Shown: positions 46,167 to 55,797 of the stretch, in pieces
How the letters are laid out: the number at the start of each line of letters is the position of its first letter
How positions within the stretch are numbered: the stretch's first letter is position 1
Notes under the pieces: generated by a model
The model's database searches: none
Told to the model about the DNA's origin: nothing
The model's input: only the letters and a program-made list of their open reading frames with translations
Translations under genes and position numbers: made by a program
From: Akkermansiaceae bacterium
GTDB taxonomy: Bacteria; Verrucomicrobiota; Verrucomicrobiia; Verrucomicrobiales; Akkermansiaceae
Direction: 5' to 3'
Length of the DNA stretch: 64,000 nucleotides
Assembly (NCBI GenBank): GCA_021200315.1
Contig: JAJQGU010000051.1
Span: 3,474 to 67,473, forward strand

Positions 46167-46185
46167 ATAGCATTTAAAATGCTAT
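46167..46185. repeat. 19-bp palindromic site, copy 2
   Basis: ATAGCATTT-A-AAATGCTAT is a perfect 9-1-9 inverted repeat. It matches the reverse complement of copy 1 at 18/19 positions. Centres are 166 bp apart, and the site overlaps a TTGACA hexamer. Confidence 0.6.
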
Positions 46186-46251
46186 ATCGGTAGTGAAAGC
46201 TTCCTGTCTTCCTTTGTCAAGGAAGCTATTATCATTGCTCAAAGCAAGACT

Positions 46252-48477
46252 TCAACGCGCCGTGCTTTCCATGGGGATGCGCAGCGCCTCGAAAGCCAGC
46301 GCACGACAGCCGGCAAGATCAAGTTTGCCGGAGGGAAGCATGGGAATTTCTTCGACAGGAATAATTTCTTTCGGGCACCAGAGAGCCGGCACTCCCTCGC
46401 CTATGAGGGCATAGCGCAGAGAGATGAGCTCCTGCTGCAAATATTGGCGATGCTGTGTGGAAAGCATGACGATTGCTTCGCCTTTTTGTTTGTCGGGAAC
46501 TCCTACTACGGCAATTTTGCGCTCTTCCACATCGGGCTGTATTTTCAGCGCCCTGTTGATGCTTTGCTCAAGAGCGTCGTGAGGGATCATCTCTCCGCCG
46601 ATTTTCGAAAAGCGGGCGCGGCGTCCTTCGAGCTTAATGAACCCATTGAGATCCACTCTTGCCACATCACCCGTACGAAACCAGCCATTGCGAAAAATGA
46701 GGGAATTCAAGTCGGCGCGTCCCGAGTATCCTTTGAAAATATTCACACCCTTGAGCCAGAGAATGCCGAGGCGCGTGAAGGGCAGCTCCTTGTCGTCGTC
46801 CTCGGGATCGGTTATGCGTACGGCCAGCCCGGGCAGGGGTGCGCCCACAGTACCGTCCACCGTACCCGGCACGTAATAAGGAGTGCCGGGCAGGAGAGGC
46901 GCGTCAGGCAGGTTAACGCTGCAGACAGGCGAAGCTTCGGTAAGGCCATAGCCCTCGGCAAGGTGAATGCCGAAGCGGGAGAGAAATTCTTCAGCGAGAT
47001 CGTGCGGCAATTTTTCGGCGCCCACAATAAAATACTCCACGCTCTTGAAAGTATCCGGCTGAGCTCGGCGCATCATGGCGCGGGCGAAGGTGGGTGTGGT
47101 AATCACAAGGGCGATTTCATAATGCCTGACAAGCTCGCAGAGGCGTCTGGACTCCATGGGCGAGGGATAAGTCACCACATCGTATCCCATCAGGAGAGGG
47201 AACCAGAGATTCAGCAACATTCCAAAGCAGTGGAATACGGGCAGGCTGCCCAGAAAGCGGCTGCCCGGCTGCAGCACAATGCGGGACGAGCATTGGGCGA
47301 TATTGCCCAAAATGTTTTTGTGGGAGAGAGGGACACCCTTCGGTTCGCCTGAGGAGCCCGAAGTGAAAAGAAGAATCGCTTCATCTTCTCCGCTGCGGTC
47401 ATTCAAATGGAAAAGGCGCTCAAGCGTATGCATGGGGAGCATGCGCACCATGGCTACCCAGAAAGCGATTCTGCGCTTCCCGATCTGGGCGAGTTCCCGC
47501 TCGATGAAAATAATGTCTCTCTGCGGCGGCCACGGAAAGCCTTGCAATTTGCGCATGAAACGATCCGCGGAAATGAAACGGTCTATGCCCGCTTGGCGCA
47601 CCGCACTGTGAAAAGCCCTTTCGGACGAGGTGTAATTGATGTTGACCGGTGCAATACCAGCCAGCAGGCAGCCCAGATTAGCGATTGCCGCGCCTTTGCC
47701 CGGCGGCAGAATGATGCCCACGCGGCGCCCGCTTGTCAGCTTGCCGAGGCGTCGCGAAAAGGCCATGGCTGCTCCGAGCAGCTTGCCATAAGTGAGTGAA
47801 CTGTCATCGATTCCGTCAATAATGCGGGCATGGGGGTGAGCTTTCATGCCCGCTACAAGATGGGAAATGAGAGAACCGTTGAGACAGGGCAAGGCGGCGA
47901 ATGCGGCGGAGCCGGCCTCCATCCATGCCTGCAGCAAGCGTGCTCCAGCTTCCGGACCGGGAGAGAGCTGCGGCATAATGCGAATGTACAGGCGCGAATG
48001 TTGGCTTTCGCTGCCAAAGGCAAGGGCGATGTTATCGTTGTAATAGCCGACGTAAACGGGAACGGGAGAAATGTGCAAAGCACCCAGATGCGTCAGAAAG
48101 GGGGAAGGAATGTCCGCCAGAGTTCCCTTGATCGTGGCGGCGCGTCCCGGAAGGTAGACCACATGTTTTCCCGCATCGAGCTTCTCGAGCAGCATGCCGC
48201 GCAGTCGAATCGCATCTACACGCCTGAAATTAAATAGAATACCGTCGCTCTTACAGCTGCGGAGATATTGTGCTGTACGCGAATCAGGAACGAAACTTTC
48301 TTCGACGAGATAGGTGATTTGAGAAGGGCCTCCGAGCCTCTTTTCGAGTTCGATGAGGGCATCCAGGCACATTCTGTTCGGAATAAACAGACATGGCCGA
48401 TTTCCGAGCTTATCCGCGCCTTCGAAAACAATCGCACTCATGACGCCCCTGAGAATACCACGATTCCGGAACATCAT
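46252..48477 (-). CDS. Aas-like fusion: N-terminal PlsC-type acyltransferase-like domain + acyl-CoA/ACP synthetase (AMP-forming)
   Basis: AMP-binding motif LLFTSGSSGEPKGVPLSHKNI and the downstream adenylation core are present. The N-terminal ~200 aa are LPLAT-like, but the HX4D position reads NRMCLD. Confidence 0.82.
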   Translation of the reverse strand: MMFRNRGILRGVMSAIVFEGADKLGNRPCLFIPNRMCLDALIELEKRLGGPSQITYLVEESFVPDSRTAQYLRSCKSDGILFNFRRVDAIRLRGMLLEKLDAGKHVVYLPGRAATIKGTLADIPSPFLTHLGALHISPVPVYVGYYNDNIALAFGSESQHSRLYIRIMPQLSPGPEAGARLLQAWMEAGSAAFAALPCLNGSLISHLVAGMKAHPHARIIDGIDDSSLTYGKLLGAAMAFSRRLGKLTSGRRVGIILPPGKGAAIANLGCLLAGIAPVNINYTSSERAFHSAVRQAGIDRFISADRFMRKLQGFPWPPQRDIIFIERELAQIGKRRIAFWVAMVRMLPMHTLERLFHLNDRSGEDEAILLFTSGSSGEPKGVPLSHKNILGNIAQCSSRIVLQPGSRFLGSLPVFHCFGMLLNLWFPLLMGYDVVTYPSPMESRRLCELVRHYEIALVITTPTFARAMMRRAQPDTFKSVEYFIVGAEKLPHDLAEEFLSRFGIHLAEGYGLTEASPVCSVNLPDAPLLPGTPYYVPGTVDGTVGAPLPGLAVRITDPEDDDKELPFTRLGILWLKGVNIFKGYSGRADLNSLIFRNGWFRTGDVARVDLNGFIKLEGRRARFSKIGGEMIPHDALEQSINRALKIQPDVEERKIAVVGVPDKQKGEAIVMLSTQHRQYLQQELISLRYALIGEGVPALWCPKEIIPVEEIPMLPSGKLDLAGCRALAFEALRIPMESTAR

Positions 48478-48892
48478 TCAATGAGGAAGTAGGGCATCAG
48501 CCATGCCGTGCCGCAGGATGATTGGCGAGCCTCAAAAAGGTCGGAATGTATCCGTCCATCCCCGAAACTTTCAAAAACGTTGATGAGAGCTCCTTATCCA
48601 AGCCTGACCGGAAAATAAAACACACATAACATATTTTTAATAATAAAATTATATATGACACAGAATGCGGTTTCTCTCGTTTGCGAGATTGTTTTAATTA
48701 TGCATTACATATATTATGCGAAGTTATAGAACCGCAATTCAAGCGGGCACCAAATTCCGTTCCCGACGGGTTTCCCAGACACACCTCCCGCGCGGGTGGT
48801 GCTTTCTTTCCGATTTTCCCTGCACGAGAAAAGGAATCGGATGATGTATCAAAATCGGATATTGCCAAGAGGAAAGCATCGGGTTATCATGA

Positions 48893-49474
48893 GTGCCCGA
48901 CATGATCGACGACAAACAGGAACTTCTCGACATTCTCCGCAGGAAATCCGTACGCACGGGCCACTTCATCCTGGCCTCCGGCAAGGAATCCGACTTATAT
49001 TGCGACTGCCGTGTCACGGCGTTGGATCCTCGGGGCGCGAATCTCATCGGGCGCGTAGGCTGGCAGCTCGTCAAGACCGAGATCCTCCCGCGCCATCGGG
49101 AAATCGAATGCATCGGAGGCATGACCATGGGAGCGGATCCGATTTCGCTGGCTGTGGGCATGTACAGCAGCCTCGACGACACTGCGCCCAGAGCGCTGCA
49201 GATCTTTACCGTGCGTAAAGAGCCAAAGGATCACGGGCGAGGCAAACGCATCGAGGGCAACTTTGAAAGCGGCAAAGGCGTTCTGGTGGTGGACGATGTA
49301 ATTACCACGGGGGGCTCGACCTTGAGAGCCATTGAAGCCATTGAGAATGAAGGGGGTAAAGTAAAGGCTGCGCTCGTGCTTGTGGATCGGGAAGAAGGCG
49401 GCAGGCAGGCTATTGAAAGTCGCGGCATTCCCGTGTTTGCCCTGTTCACGCGCCGCTTCCTGTTCCAAGAATGA
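48893..49474 (+). CDS. pyrE: orotate phosphoribosyltransferase
   Basis: PRPP-binding motif VLVVDDVITTGGS and HFILASGKESDLYCD. GTG at 48893 or ATG at 48902. Confidence 0.9.
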   Translation: MPDMIDDKQELLDILRRKSVRTGHFILASGKESDLYCDCRVTALDPRGANLIGRVGWQLVKTEILPRHREIECIGGMTMGADPISLAVGMYSSLDDTAPRALQIFTVRKEPKDHGRGKRIEGNFESGKGVLVVDDVITTGGSTLRAIEAIENEGGKVKAALVLVDREEGGRQAIESRGIPVFALFTRRFLFQE

Positions 49475-49580
49475 TAGAGCATCGGGTCTCCGATGCTGGT
49501 GACCAAAATGCAGCAGTTCTGAAAAGGAGTAGACAACAGCTTCCTCTTCGGGCATAATCTGTTTTCCAAGAAATTCCGCC

Positions 49581-49964
49581 ATGCTTAGATTTCTCCATAC
49601 CCGAATACGCGTTTCCGACATGGAGGCTTCCATCGCCTTTTACAGCAGACTGGGCTTTATGCTCACTCGCCGCATGACATCTCCCATGGGCAATTGCCTC
49701 GCCTACATGGGCATCCCAGGTTCCAACCACGAGTTGGAGTTCTGTTGGAGCTCCGATTACACCGTCGCCGTGCCGGAAGATCTCATGCACACAGCGCTCA
49801 GCGTGGATGACCTCTATGCGGAATGCGAGCGATTGGAGAACTCCGGCGTCGAAGTCTGGCCTGTCGACTGGCGCACCCGCTTCGTCCCCGGACTGTGCGA
49901 AGGCGCCATCGCATTTGTGACAGATCCCGATGGGTATGAGGTGGAACTCATCGGCAGCCATTGA
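49581..49964 (+). CDS. gloA: lactoylglutathione lyase (glyoxalase I, VOC family)
   Basis: LHTRIRVSDMEASIAFY, HELEF, HTALSV, DPDGYEVELI. The metal-ligand positions are conserved. Confidence 0.8.
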   Translation: MLRFLHTRIRVSDMEASIAFYSRLGFMLTRRMTSPMGNCLAYMGIPGSNHELEFCWSSDYTVAVPEDLMHTALSVDDLYAECERLENSGVEVWPVDWRTRFVPGLCEGAIAFVTDPDGYEVELIGSH

Positions 49965-49975
49965 CTCGTCCCGAC

Positions 49976-51028
49976 ATGCTGCCGCTGATCGTGGGCATCG
50001 CCTCGCCCGTTCTCTCTCCCGAGGAAGAGGCTCTCTTCCGGCGCTTTCGTCCTGCCGGCTACATTCTTTTCGGGCGCAATGTGAAAACCCCCGCTCAGGT
50101 GCGTTCGCTCACCGACAGCTTGCGCCGTCTCAGCGAGGACTTTTCTCCCATTATCTGCATGGATCAGGAAGGAGGGCGCGTCTCGCGCATCGGTGCGCTG
50201 GGCATCGCCCTCCCATCGGCGGAAATCCTTGCCGACCAGCCTTCTGCCATTGCCGAAGCCGCCGTTCTTACGGCTGAGGCGCTCTCCTTGCTGGGCGTCA
50301 CGCTCAATCTTGCCCCCGTGGTCGACATCTTCCGCGGCCATTCCAATGCCCTGCCCTCGCGCTGCTGGGGAAGAAGCGCGAAAGAAGTCATCCGGAAAGC
50401 GGGGAGGTATAACCGGGCACTGAACGAGGCGGGCTTGGCTTCCTGCCTGAAACATTTCCCCGGCATGGGGCAGGCGAATGAAGATCCCCATTTTCGCCTA
50501 CCGGTCGTTGCAGCCTCCTTGTCTGAACTGAACAGGACGGATCTTCTGCCTTTCCGTTCCCTGCTGCCTGAAGCTCCGGCCGTGATGATCTCCCACATTC
50601 TTCTTCCATCTGTGGATGAGAGAGCTCCGGCCTCTCTCTCATCCGTTCTCGTCCGCGATCTTCTTCGTACTCGTCTGGGTTACGGGGGGCTCGTGCTCAC
50701 GGACGACCTCTGCATGGGAGCCATTTCCCGACAAATCGCACCTGCCGATGCCTGTGTGGCGGCTCTCCGCGCCGGGAACGATCTGCCACTGCTCTGCCAT
50801 GATGTGCCGTCCCATCTGCCCGCCGCCGCCGCGAGCCTTGCCCAATTGCTCCCCAAGGAGCTTGCCGAGGGGGCAGACCGCATTTCCGGTCTCTTGTCCG
50901 CTCGTGACTTCCCTCCCATGGATCCTGACCAATGGGCGATTCTTCAGCGGCGATCCCACGCACTCATGGCTCAGATGCCCGAACCGCGCGAAGCCGGAGC
51001 CGCCTTTTCTCCCGTTCAGGACTATTGA
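49976..51028 (+). CDS. nagZ: beta-N-acetylhexosaminidase (GH3, NagZ-like)
   Basis: ILFGRN, DQEGGRVSR, KHFPGMG, LTDDL. Start at the ATG at 49976; the track start at 49961 is a TTG overlapping the gloA stop. Confidence 0.85.
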   Translation: MLPLIVGIASPVLSPEEEALFRRFRPAGYILFGRNVKTPAQVRSLTDSLRRLSEDFSPIICMDQEGGRVSRIGALGIALPSAEILADQPSAIAEAAVLTAEALSLLGVTLNLAPVVDIFRGHSNALPSRCWGRSAKEVIRKAGRYNRALNEAGLASCLKHFPGMGQANEDPHFRLPVVAASLSELNRTDLLPFRSLLPEAPAVMISHILLPSVDERAPASLSSVLVRDLLRTRLGYGGLVLTDDLCMGAISRQIAPADACVAALRAGNDLPLLCHDVPSHLPAAAASLAQLLPKELAEGADRISGLLSARDFPPMDPDQWAILQRRSHALMAQMPEPREAGAAFSPVQDY

Positions 51029-51517
51029 TTACAGATCTATGATTTCAAGCGGATTCCCGTGCTCACGAATCACGCGGAGGAGTGCCTCCGGAGCCAAATA
51101 CAGCGTGGAAGTGTTGTCGTTCGGGTGCACTCCGATGGCGGGAGCGAGCGTCAATTCCCTGTCAATATACACCCTGACGGCGCAGGATGCGTCATTCAGA
51201 ATCCCGAAAGGAGACACTGACCCGGGGTGCACGCCGAGATAACGCATCATACGCGCCTCTGACGCGAAAGAAAGACGAGTAGAGTTCAGTAGTCCGCGCA
51301 GATGCCGCATGTCCACGGCCTTATCCCATTTCACAACAACGAGGTAGTGACTGCGCCCCTTGGCGTCGCGCAAAAAGAGGTTCCGTGCCACACAGCCGCG
51401 TTCGGTGAGCCCGCTGCCGAGCATGTCCGTCACCGAGTGCATCGGCGGGTGATCCGCACGCTCCCAAGAAATCCCGAAAGCATCGAGCAATGAGCATACT
51501 TTTTCTTTTTCCGTCAT
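51029..51517 (-). CDS. YbaK/ProX-family aminoacyl-tRNA deacylase
   Basis: NLFLRDAKG..YLVVV, LSFASEARMMRYLGVHPGSVSPFGILND. ATG at 51517. Confidence 0.8.
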   Translation of the reverse strand: MTEKEKVCSLLDAFGISWERADHPPMHSVTDMLGSGLTERGCVARNLFLRDAKGRSHYLVVVKWDKAVDMRHLRGLLNSTRLSFASEARMMRYLGVHPGSVSPFGILNDASCAVRVYIDRELTLAPAIGVHPNDNTSTLYLAPEALLRVIREHGNPLEIIDL

Positions 51518-52566
51518 CAAGCTCTCTTTTCGCCTTTCATCTTTCTGTAACGATCGAGCCGGGCGTAGCCGATGCAGAGTTCATAAAGCAAGTACATCGG
51601 TATAGCCATCACCAGCATCGTGCCGGGGTCGGGCGCGGGCGCAATCAGCAGGGCGAGCACGAGGACGCAGGCAATGGCATACACACGCGTGCGGCTCATC
51701 AGCTCATAGTCGAGCACACCCAGTTTCACTAGAGGAATGATCAACACGGGTAATTCAAATGCAATGCCGAACATGAAAATGAGTTTCACGGCGAAAGAAA
51801 GGTAGTAACCGATGCGCCAGTCGTTCTCGATGCCAAGATTGAGCGAATATTCATAGAAAAAGGCCAGCACGCGCGGCAAAACGGCAAAATATGCGAAAAA
51901 ACATCCAGACAGAAACAGGAAGAATCCAAAGATCAGCGCTTTGAGAAGGAAACGCCTTTCGCTCTCCAGCAGCCCCGGTACGATGAACTGGAGCAAAAAA
52001 AACATCAACAGAGGAAAAGAAATCACACATCCCCCGAAAAAGGCCATCTTGATGGACAAGAGAAACGACTCTCCCGGTTGGAAGGAGCCCATCATACGCA
52101 GTGCGGCACGTCCCGAGCCGGATTGCAGAACCGCCCCCTGCCCCAACAGCGCAAGAGCGAGTTCTCGTTCATTCTCCAGGCATGCCTGCTCCACAAACTT
52201 CATGCGTTCGCCTTCAGGCAGAATCGCCGCGGCTTTCAGTACGGGAACCAACCTGTGCAGTTCAAGCACCTGTGCATTCTCGCGCTGCCGCAAAAGCTCC
52301 TGCGCACGGGGGGAGAGACCGCCCATCGCTCCCGCCAGCGCCTTGGCTCTCTCCCAATCCTCTACCCGCACTCCATTCGGCAAATGATCGAGCTCATGCT
52401 GCGACCATACCCGTTCGACTGGTCTGCGGAGCACATCCATCATCTGGGGAGCCAAGCCGAAACACAGCATCATTACGACAAGCAATGTGAGCGCCATGCG
52501 CAAAATCACCTTCCTCAGATCTTCCAGATGGTCGAGAAAAGGCTTCTCCTCATCCTTTGAAGACAT
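51517..52566 (-). CDS. tatC: Sec-independent protein translocase TatC with enlarged first periplasmic loop
   Basis: FLDHLEDLRKVIL at the start, FIVPGLLESERR, and a C-terminal APAPDPGTMLVMAIPMYLLYE. Start at the ATG at 52566. There are about 105 extra residues after TM1. Confidence 0.85.
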   Translation of the reverse strand: MSSKDEEKPFLDHLEDLRKVILRMALTLLVVMMLCFGLAPQMMDVLRRPVERVWSQHELDHLPNGVRVEDWERAKALAGAMGGLSPRAQELLRQRENAQVLELHRLVPVLKAAAILPEGERMKFVEQACLENERELALALLGQGAVLQSGSGRAALRMMGSFQPGESFLLSIKMAFFGGCVISFPLLMFFLLQFIVPGLLESERRFLLKALIFGFFLFLSGCFFAYFAVLPRVLAFFYEYSLNLGIENDWRIGYYLSFAVKLIFMFGIAFELPVLIIPLVKLGVLDYELMSRTRVYAIACVLVLALLIAPAPDPGTMLVMAIPMYLLYELCIGYARLDRYRKMKGEKRA

Positions 52567-52697
52567 CTGCAGCGATTCGCGCAGTCGGAAGATTTGCTTC
52601 AGATAAAACACGCCCGGACAAAGTTTAGCGGAATCCCAGCGAAAAGGAAGAGGAAAACAAGGCATCTGCCTTTCTCCGCTCTTTTTGTCTTTTCACG

Positions 52698-53363
52698 ATG
52701 CCCAAATCGGATTATAAGCCCCCCATGAGCGCGGACGGACAGCAGATGAACCGATCAGAAACGACGAAGGCACTTATTATGAGAGCGGCCATTTCCTCTT
52801 TCATTCTCAAGGGGTACGAAGGCTCGTCCATGAGAGAGATCGCCCGGGCGGCAGGCTCGTCGATGGGGCTCATCCGCTACCACTTCGGGCAAAAAAGAGA
52901 TCTCTACCGCGACACCCTCGCCTGCATCTCCGAACAGTACAACAGGGTGTGTCTTCGTGCATTGAGAGAAATGCAAGAGCGTTCATCCTCACCCGAAAAT
53001 CTTATTTTCGCCTGGCTTGCAGCGCCTCTCACACGCTGGGAGAATGACACCGTGGCCACAGGCGAGGAGGTGCTTCGTTTTCTCAACAAGATGGGTTATG
53101 AACCCCCCGCCCTCACACGCGAAGTGTACGAATCACATTATGCTTATGCGCTCAACGAGTGGCTCGGCTCCCTCCGCGCCCATTACGCCGCACTCACCGA
53201 AAACGATTGGTATTGGTGCCTTCTTGCGCTGCGCGGCATGTATTTCAATATCATCTCCCACCAGGACTGCATGCTGTGGTCCATCCCCTCCCTGAACAAC
53301 AAGCTCGTGGCACTGAAACGCCTCTCCCGCGACGCCGTCCGCATGCTTGAATCCTGCCTCTGA
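52698..53363 (+). CDS. TetR family transcriptional regulator
   Basis: N-terminal HTH: IMRAAISSFILKGYEGSSMREIARAAGSSMGLIRYHFGQKRDLY. Confidence 0.8.
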   Translation: MPKSDYKPPMSADGQQMNRSETTKALIMRAAISSFILKGYEGSSMREIARAAGSSMGLIRYHFGQKRDLYRDTLACISEQYNRVCLRALREMQERSSSPENLIFAWLAAPLTRWENDTVATGEEVLRFLNKMGYEPPALTREVYESHYAYALNEWLGSLRAHYAALTENDWYWCLLALRGMYFNIISHQDCMLWSIPSLNNKLVALKRLSRDAVRMLESCL

Positions 53364-53505
53364 TTTTCACGGATGGGGAGAAGCGAGAAATCAAGTTGGA
53401 GCGGCCTCTATTGTTCCAAAAACCTCAAGATACGTGTACCGCAGCGGATACGGATCGAATTTCCCGCTTGGAGAAGTACCAACTCTGTGGTATACTGCAG
53501 AAGTG

Positions 53506-54210
53506 ATGAAGGGCTGCACAATTCTCATAGCGGAAGACGAAGTCTCGATCAGGCGTGCTCTCGTCGATGCGCTACAAACTGATGGATACGAAACGCTCGA
53601 AGCAGAAAATGGATACCAGGCTCTCGAACTCTTGCTCACCCATGAGGTGTCTCTTCTTCTTCTCGATTTGAACATGCCTCAAGTAAGCGGATTCCAAGTG
53701 CTTACCGCAATGAAGAAAGAATGTCCCGGCATTCCGGTCATCATTCTCACCTCGCGGGGAGAGGAAACGGACCGCATCAAGGGGCTTAGGCTCGGTGCGG
53801 ATGATTACGTGGTCAAACCCTTCAGCGTAGGGGAACTGCTCGCCCGTATCCAAGCCGTGCTCCGTCGTTCGCCCGAACGCCCGAAATACCCTGTCATCAT
53901 GCGTTTTCCCGAGGGCAAGCTCATTCCCGAAACTCGGACGCTTCAATTTGACAATGGATGCAGCGCCCAGCTCACAGAAAAGGAATGCGAGCTTTTTCTC
54001 TATTTTCTGCGCCATCCGAACAGGGTCATTTCGCAGGAAGAGCTTCTGTTGCGCATTTGGAACAGCCGGGTGCGCGCTTCAGAGACGCGTCTCATCGCCG
54101 TCACTCTTACTCGCCTGAAAGACAAACTCGGCTCAGATTCCCCTTCCGCGCAAAATTTCGAAAACATACGCGGTCGAGGCTACCGGTGGAAATCAGAAAT
54201 TCCCTCATGA
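53506..54210 (+). CDS. OmpR-family response regulator
   Basis: Receiver domain (ILIAEDE..LLLLDLNMP..ILTSRG..KPF) plus a winged-helix output (LTEKECELFLYF..IRGRGYRW). The ATG at 53506 is preceded by TGGTATACT. Confidence 0.9.
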   Translation: MKGCTILIAEDEVSIRRALVDALQTDGYETLEAENGYQALELLLTHEVSLLLLDLNMPQVSGFQVLTAMKKECPGIPVIILTSRGEETDRIKGLRLGADDYVVKPFSVGELLARIQAVLRRSPERPKYPVIMRFPEGKLIPETRTLQFDNGCSAQLTEKECELFLYFLRHPNRVISQEELLLRIWNSRVRASETRLIAVTLTRLKDKLGSDSPSAQNFENIRGRGYRWKSEIPS

Positions 54211-55787
54211 TGAAAATAAAGCTTGCGACACTAGCCGCCGTCATTGTTCTCTTGGCACTGGCCGCCATGGTCGGACTCAGCGTCCAAGCTAACCGCGTTG
54301 AAAACCGTCTGATCGAGCTCGACAAAACCAGCCAGGCCGAACGCTTGATGCAGATTTCGATGCCGCGCGTGCAAGGAGCTCTCTCGTCACTGCTTCGGGC
54401 AATACGGGCCGGCTACACCGAGATGCCCAAATTGAATGCCAATCGATACCCCGGCCCGGACACTCCTGACGGGCAGCCCGTGGCGGGGCATTTCCTTCTC
54501 ACCCCTTACGAACTGAAAACACCCGTGGGAGAAGAAAATGCACGCCATGCGCTGGAAAACGTAGATGGACTGTTGTTCAATCTTAAACGAAAAACAGCCT
54601 CGCCATCCGCCCGTCTGCTTGATCCCAATGCGCCAGTCGAAAAAATCAAACCGGGCAGCGGCCTTTTGCCTGTATTCGATGTAGTACCCATTGTGGACGC
54701 CGATCCCGAAACGCCCATCAGAGTTACGGGTGAGCCCACTCCGTTTTTCGCTTGGTCATGGGGCGGTTGGATCATCTACATGCGCCAAATCCCCACGAAC
54801 CACGGCGGCGTCTCCGAAGGCGTGCTCATCGCGCCCAACACCTTGGCAGAACATCTTCTACCTCTCGTTGAAAAAGGGATTTCATCACCTGTGCTGCGTA
54901 TACCGAATGCACATGAACAGGCCAATCTCCTTCCGCTGCCTCTTCTGCTCGAGCCAGGCGGCCAAATTCAATTACCGGATACGTCGGCGCGCAAAAAGGC
55001 CGTCTTCGGTGCGATCTTGAGCGCGTGGGTGGTGGCCGTAGTGGCCATTCTGATGATTCTGGGGCTTCTGGCTCTTTATGGACGGCTGGAACGACGTCGC
55101 AGCGATTTCGTCTCCGCCGTCACGCATGAATTGCGCACGCCCCTGACCACTTTCACATTGCATACTGAAATGCTCAAAGCCCACATGGTGCCCGAGGAGA
55201 AAAAGGAGGAATATTATAACATGCTCCACCAAGAGAGTCTGCGCCTCGCTCATCTTGTGGAAAACGTGCTGGCTTTTTCCCGCCTCAGCCGCGGCAAGTC
55301 TCGGGGGCGGCAGGATGTGGAGGCATGCGAACCTCTGTTTACCCGGCTCTTCAATCAACAAAAGGAAAAGCTCGAAACGGCCGGTTTCAAAGTAAGCATC
55401 GCCATCGCCCCCCAGTGCCGCCTTCTTCAGGTTCGCACAGATGTCATGAGCCTCGAGCGCATTCTCACCAATTTGACGGACAACGTCATTAAATACGGGC
55501 GCGGCACGAACTCCGCCGTACAGTTCACCGTGCAGGCCAACCACAAAGAATTCCGCGTCCGCGTGCGTGACAAGGGGCCTGGTATCGCTCCCGAAGCAGT
55601 TCGGCGCCTTTTCCGCCCTTTCAGCCGATCGGCGGACACGGTGGGAGGCAAAAAGCCGGGCGTGGGATTGGGGCTTGCTCTGTCGCGCGATTTGGCACGC
55701 TCCATAGGAGGCGACCTCATGCTCGAAGGCACTTCCCCCCAAGGATGCACTTTCCTGCTCACCCTTCCTGCGGGGAAAAGAAGCTGA
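54207..55787 (+). CDS. sensor histidine kinase
   Basis: Two TM segments flank a ~290-aa periplasmic domain. H-box SAVTHELRTPL and HATPase boxes (LTNLTDNVIKYG, DKGPGI, GVGLGLALS) are present. ATGA overlap with the response-regulator gene stop. Confidence 0.88.
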   Translation: MMKIKLATLAAVIVLLALAAMVGLSVQANRVENRLIELDKTSQAERLMQISMPRVQGALSSLLRAIRAGYTEMPKLNANRYPGPDTPDGQPVAGHFLLTPYELKTPVGEENARHALENVDGLLFNLKRKTASPSARLLDPNAPVEKIKPGSGLLPVFDVVPIVDADPETPIRVTGEPTPFFAWSWGGWIIYMRQIPTNHGGVSEGVLIAPNTLAEHLLPLVEKGISSPVLRIPNAHEQANLLPLPLLLEPGGQIQLPDTSARKKAVFGAILSAWVVAVVAILMILGLLALYGRLERRRSDFVSAVTHELRTPLTTFTLHTEMLKAHMVPEEKKEEYYNMLHQESLRLAHLVENVLAFSRLSRGKSRGRQDVEACEPLFTRLFNQQKEKLETAGFKVSIAIAPQCRLLQVRTDVMSLERILTNLTDNVIKYGRGTNSAVQFTVQANHKEFRVRVRDKGPGIAPEAVRRLFRPFSRSADTVGGKKPGVGLGLALSRDLARSIGGDLMLEGTSPQGCTFLLTLPAGKRS

Positions 55788-55797
55788 GAGAACGCAA

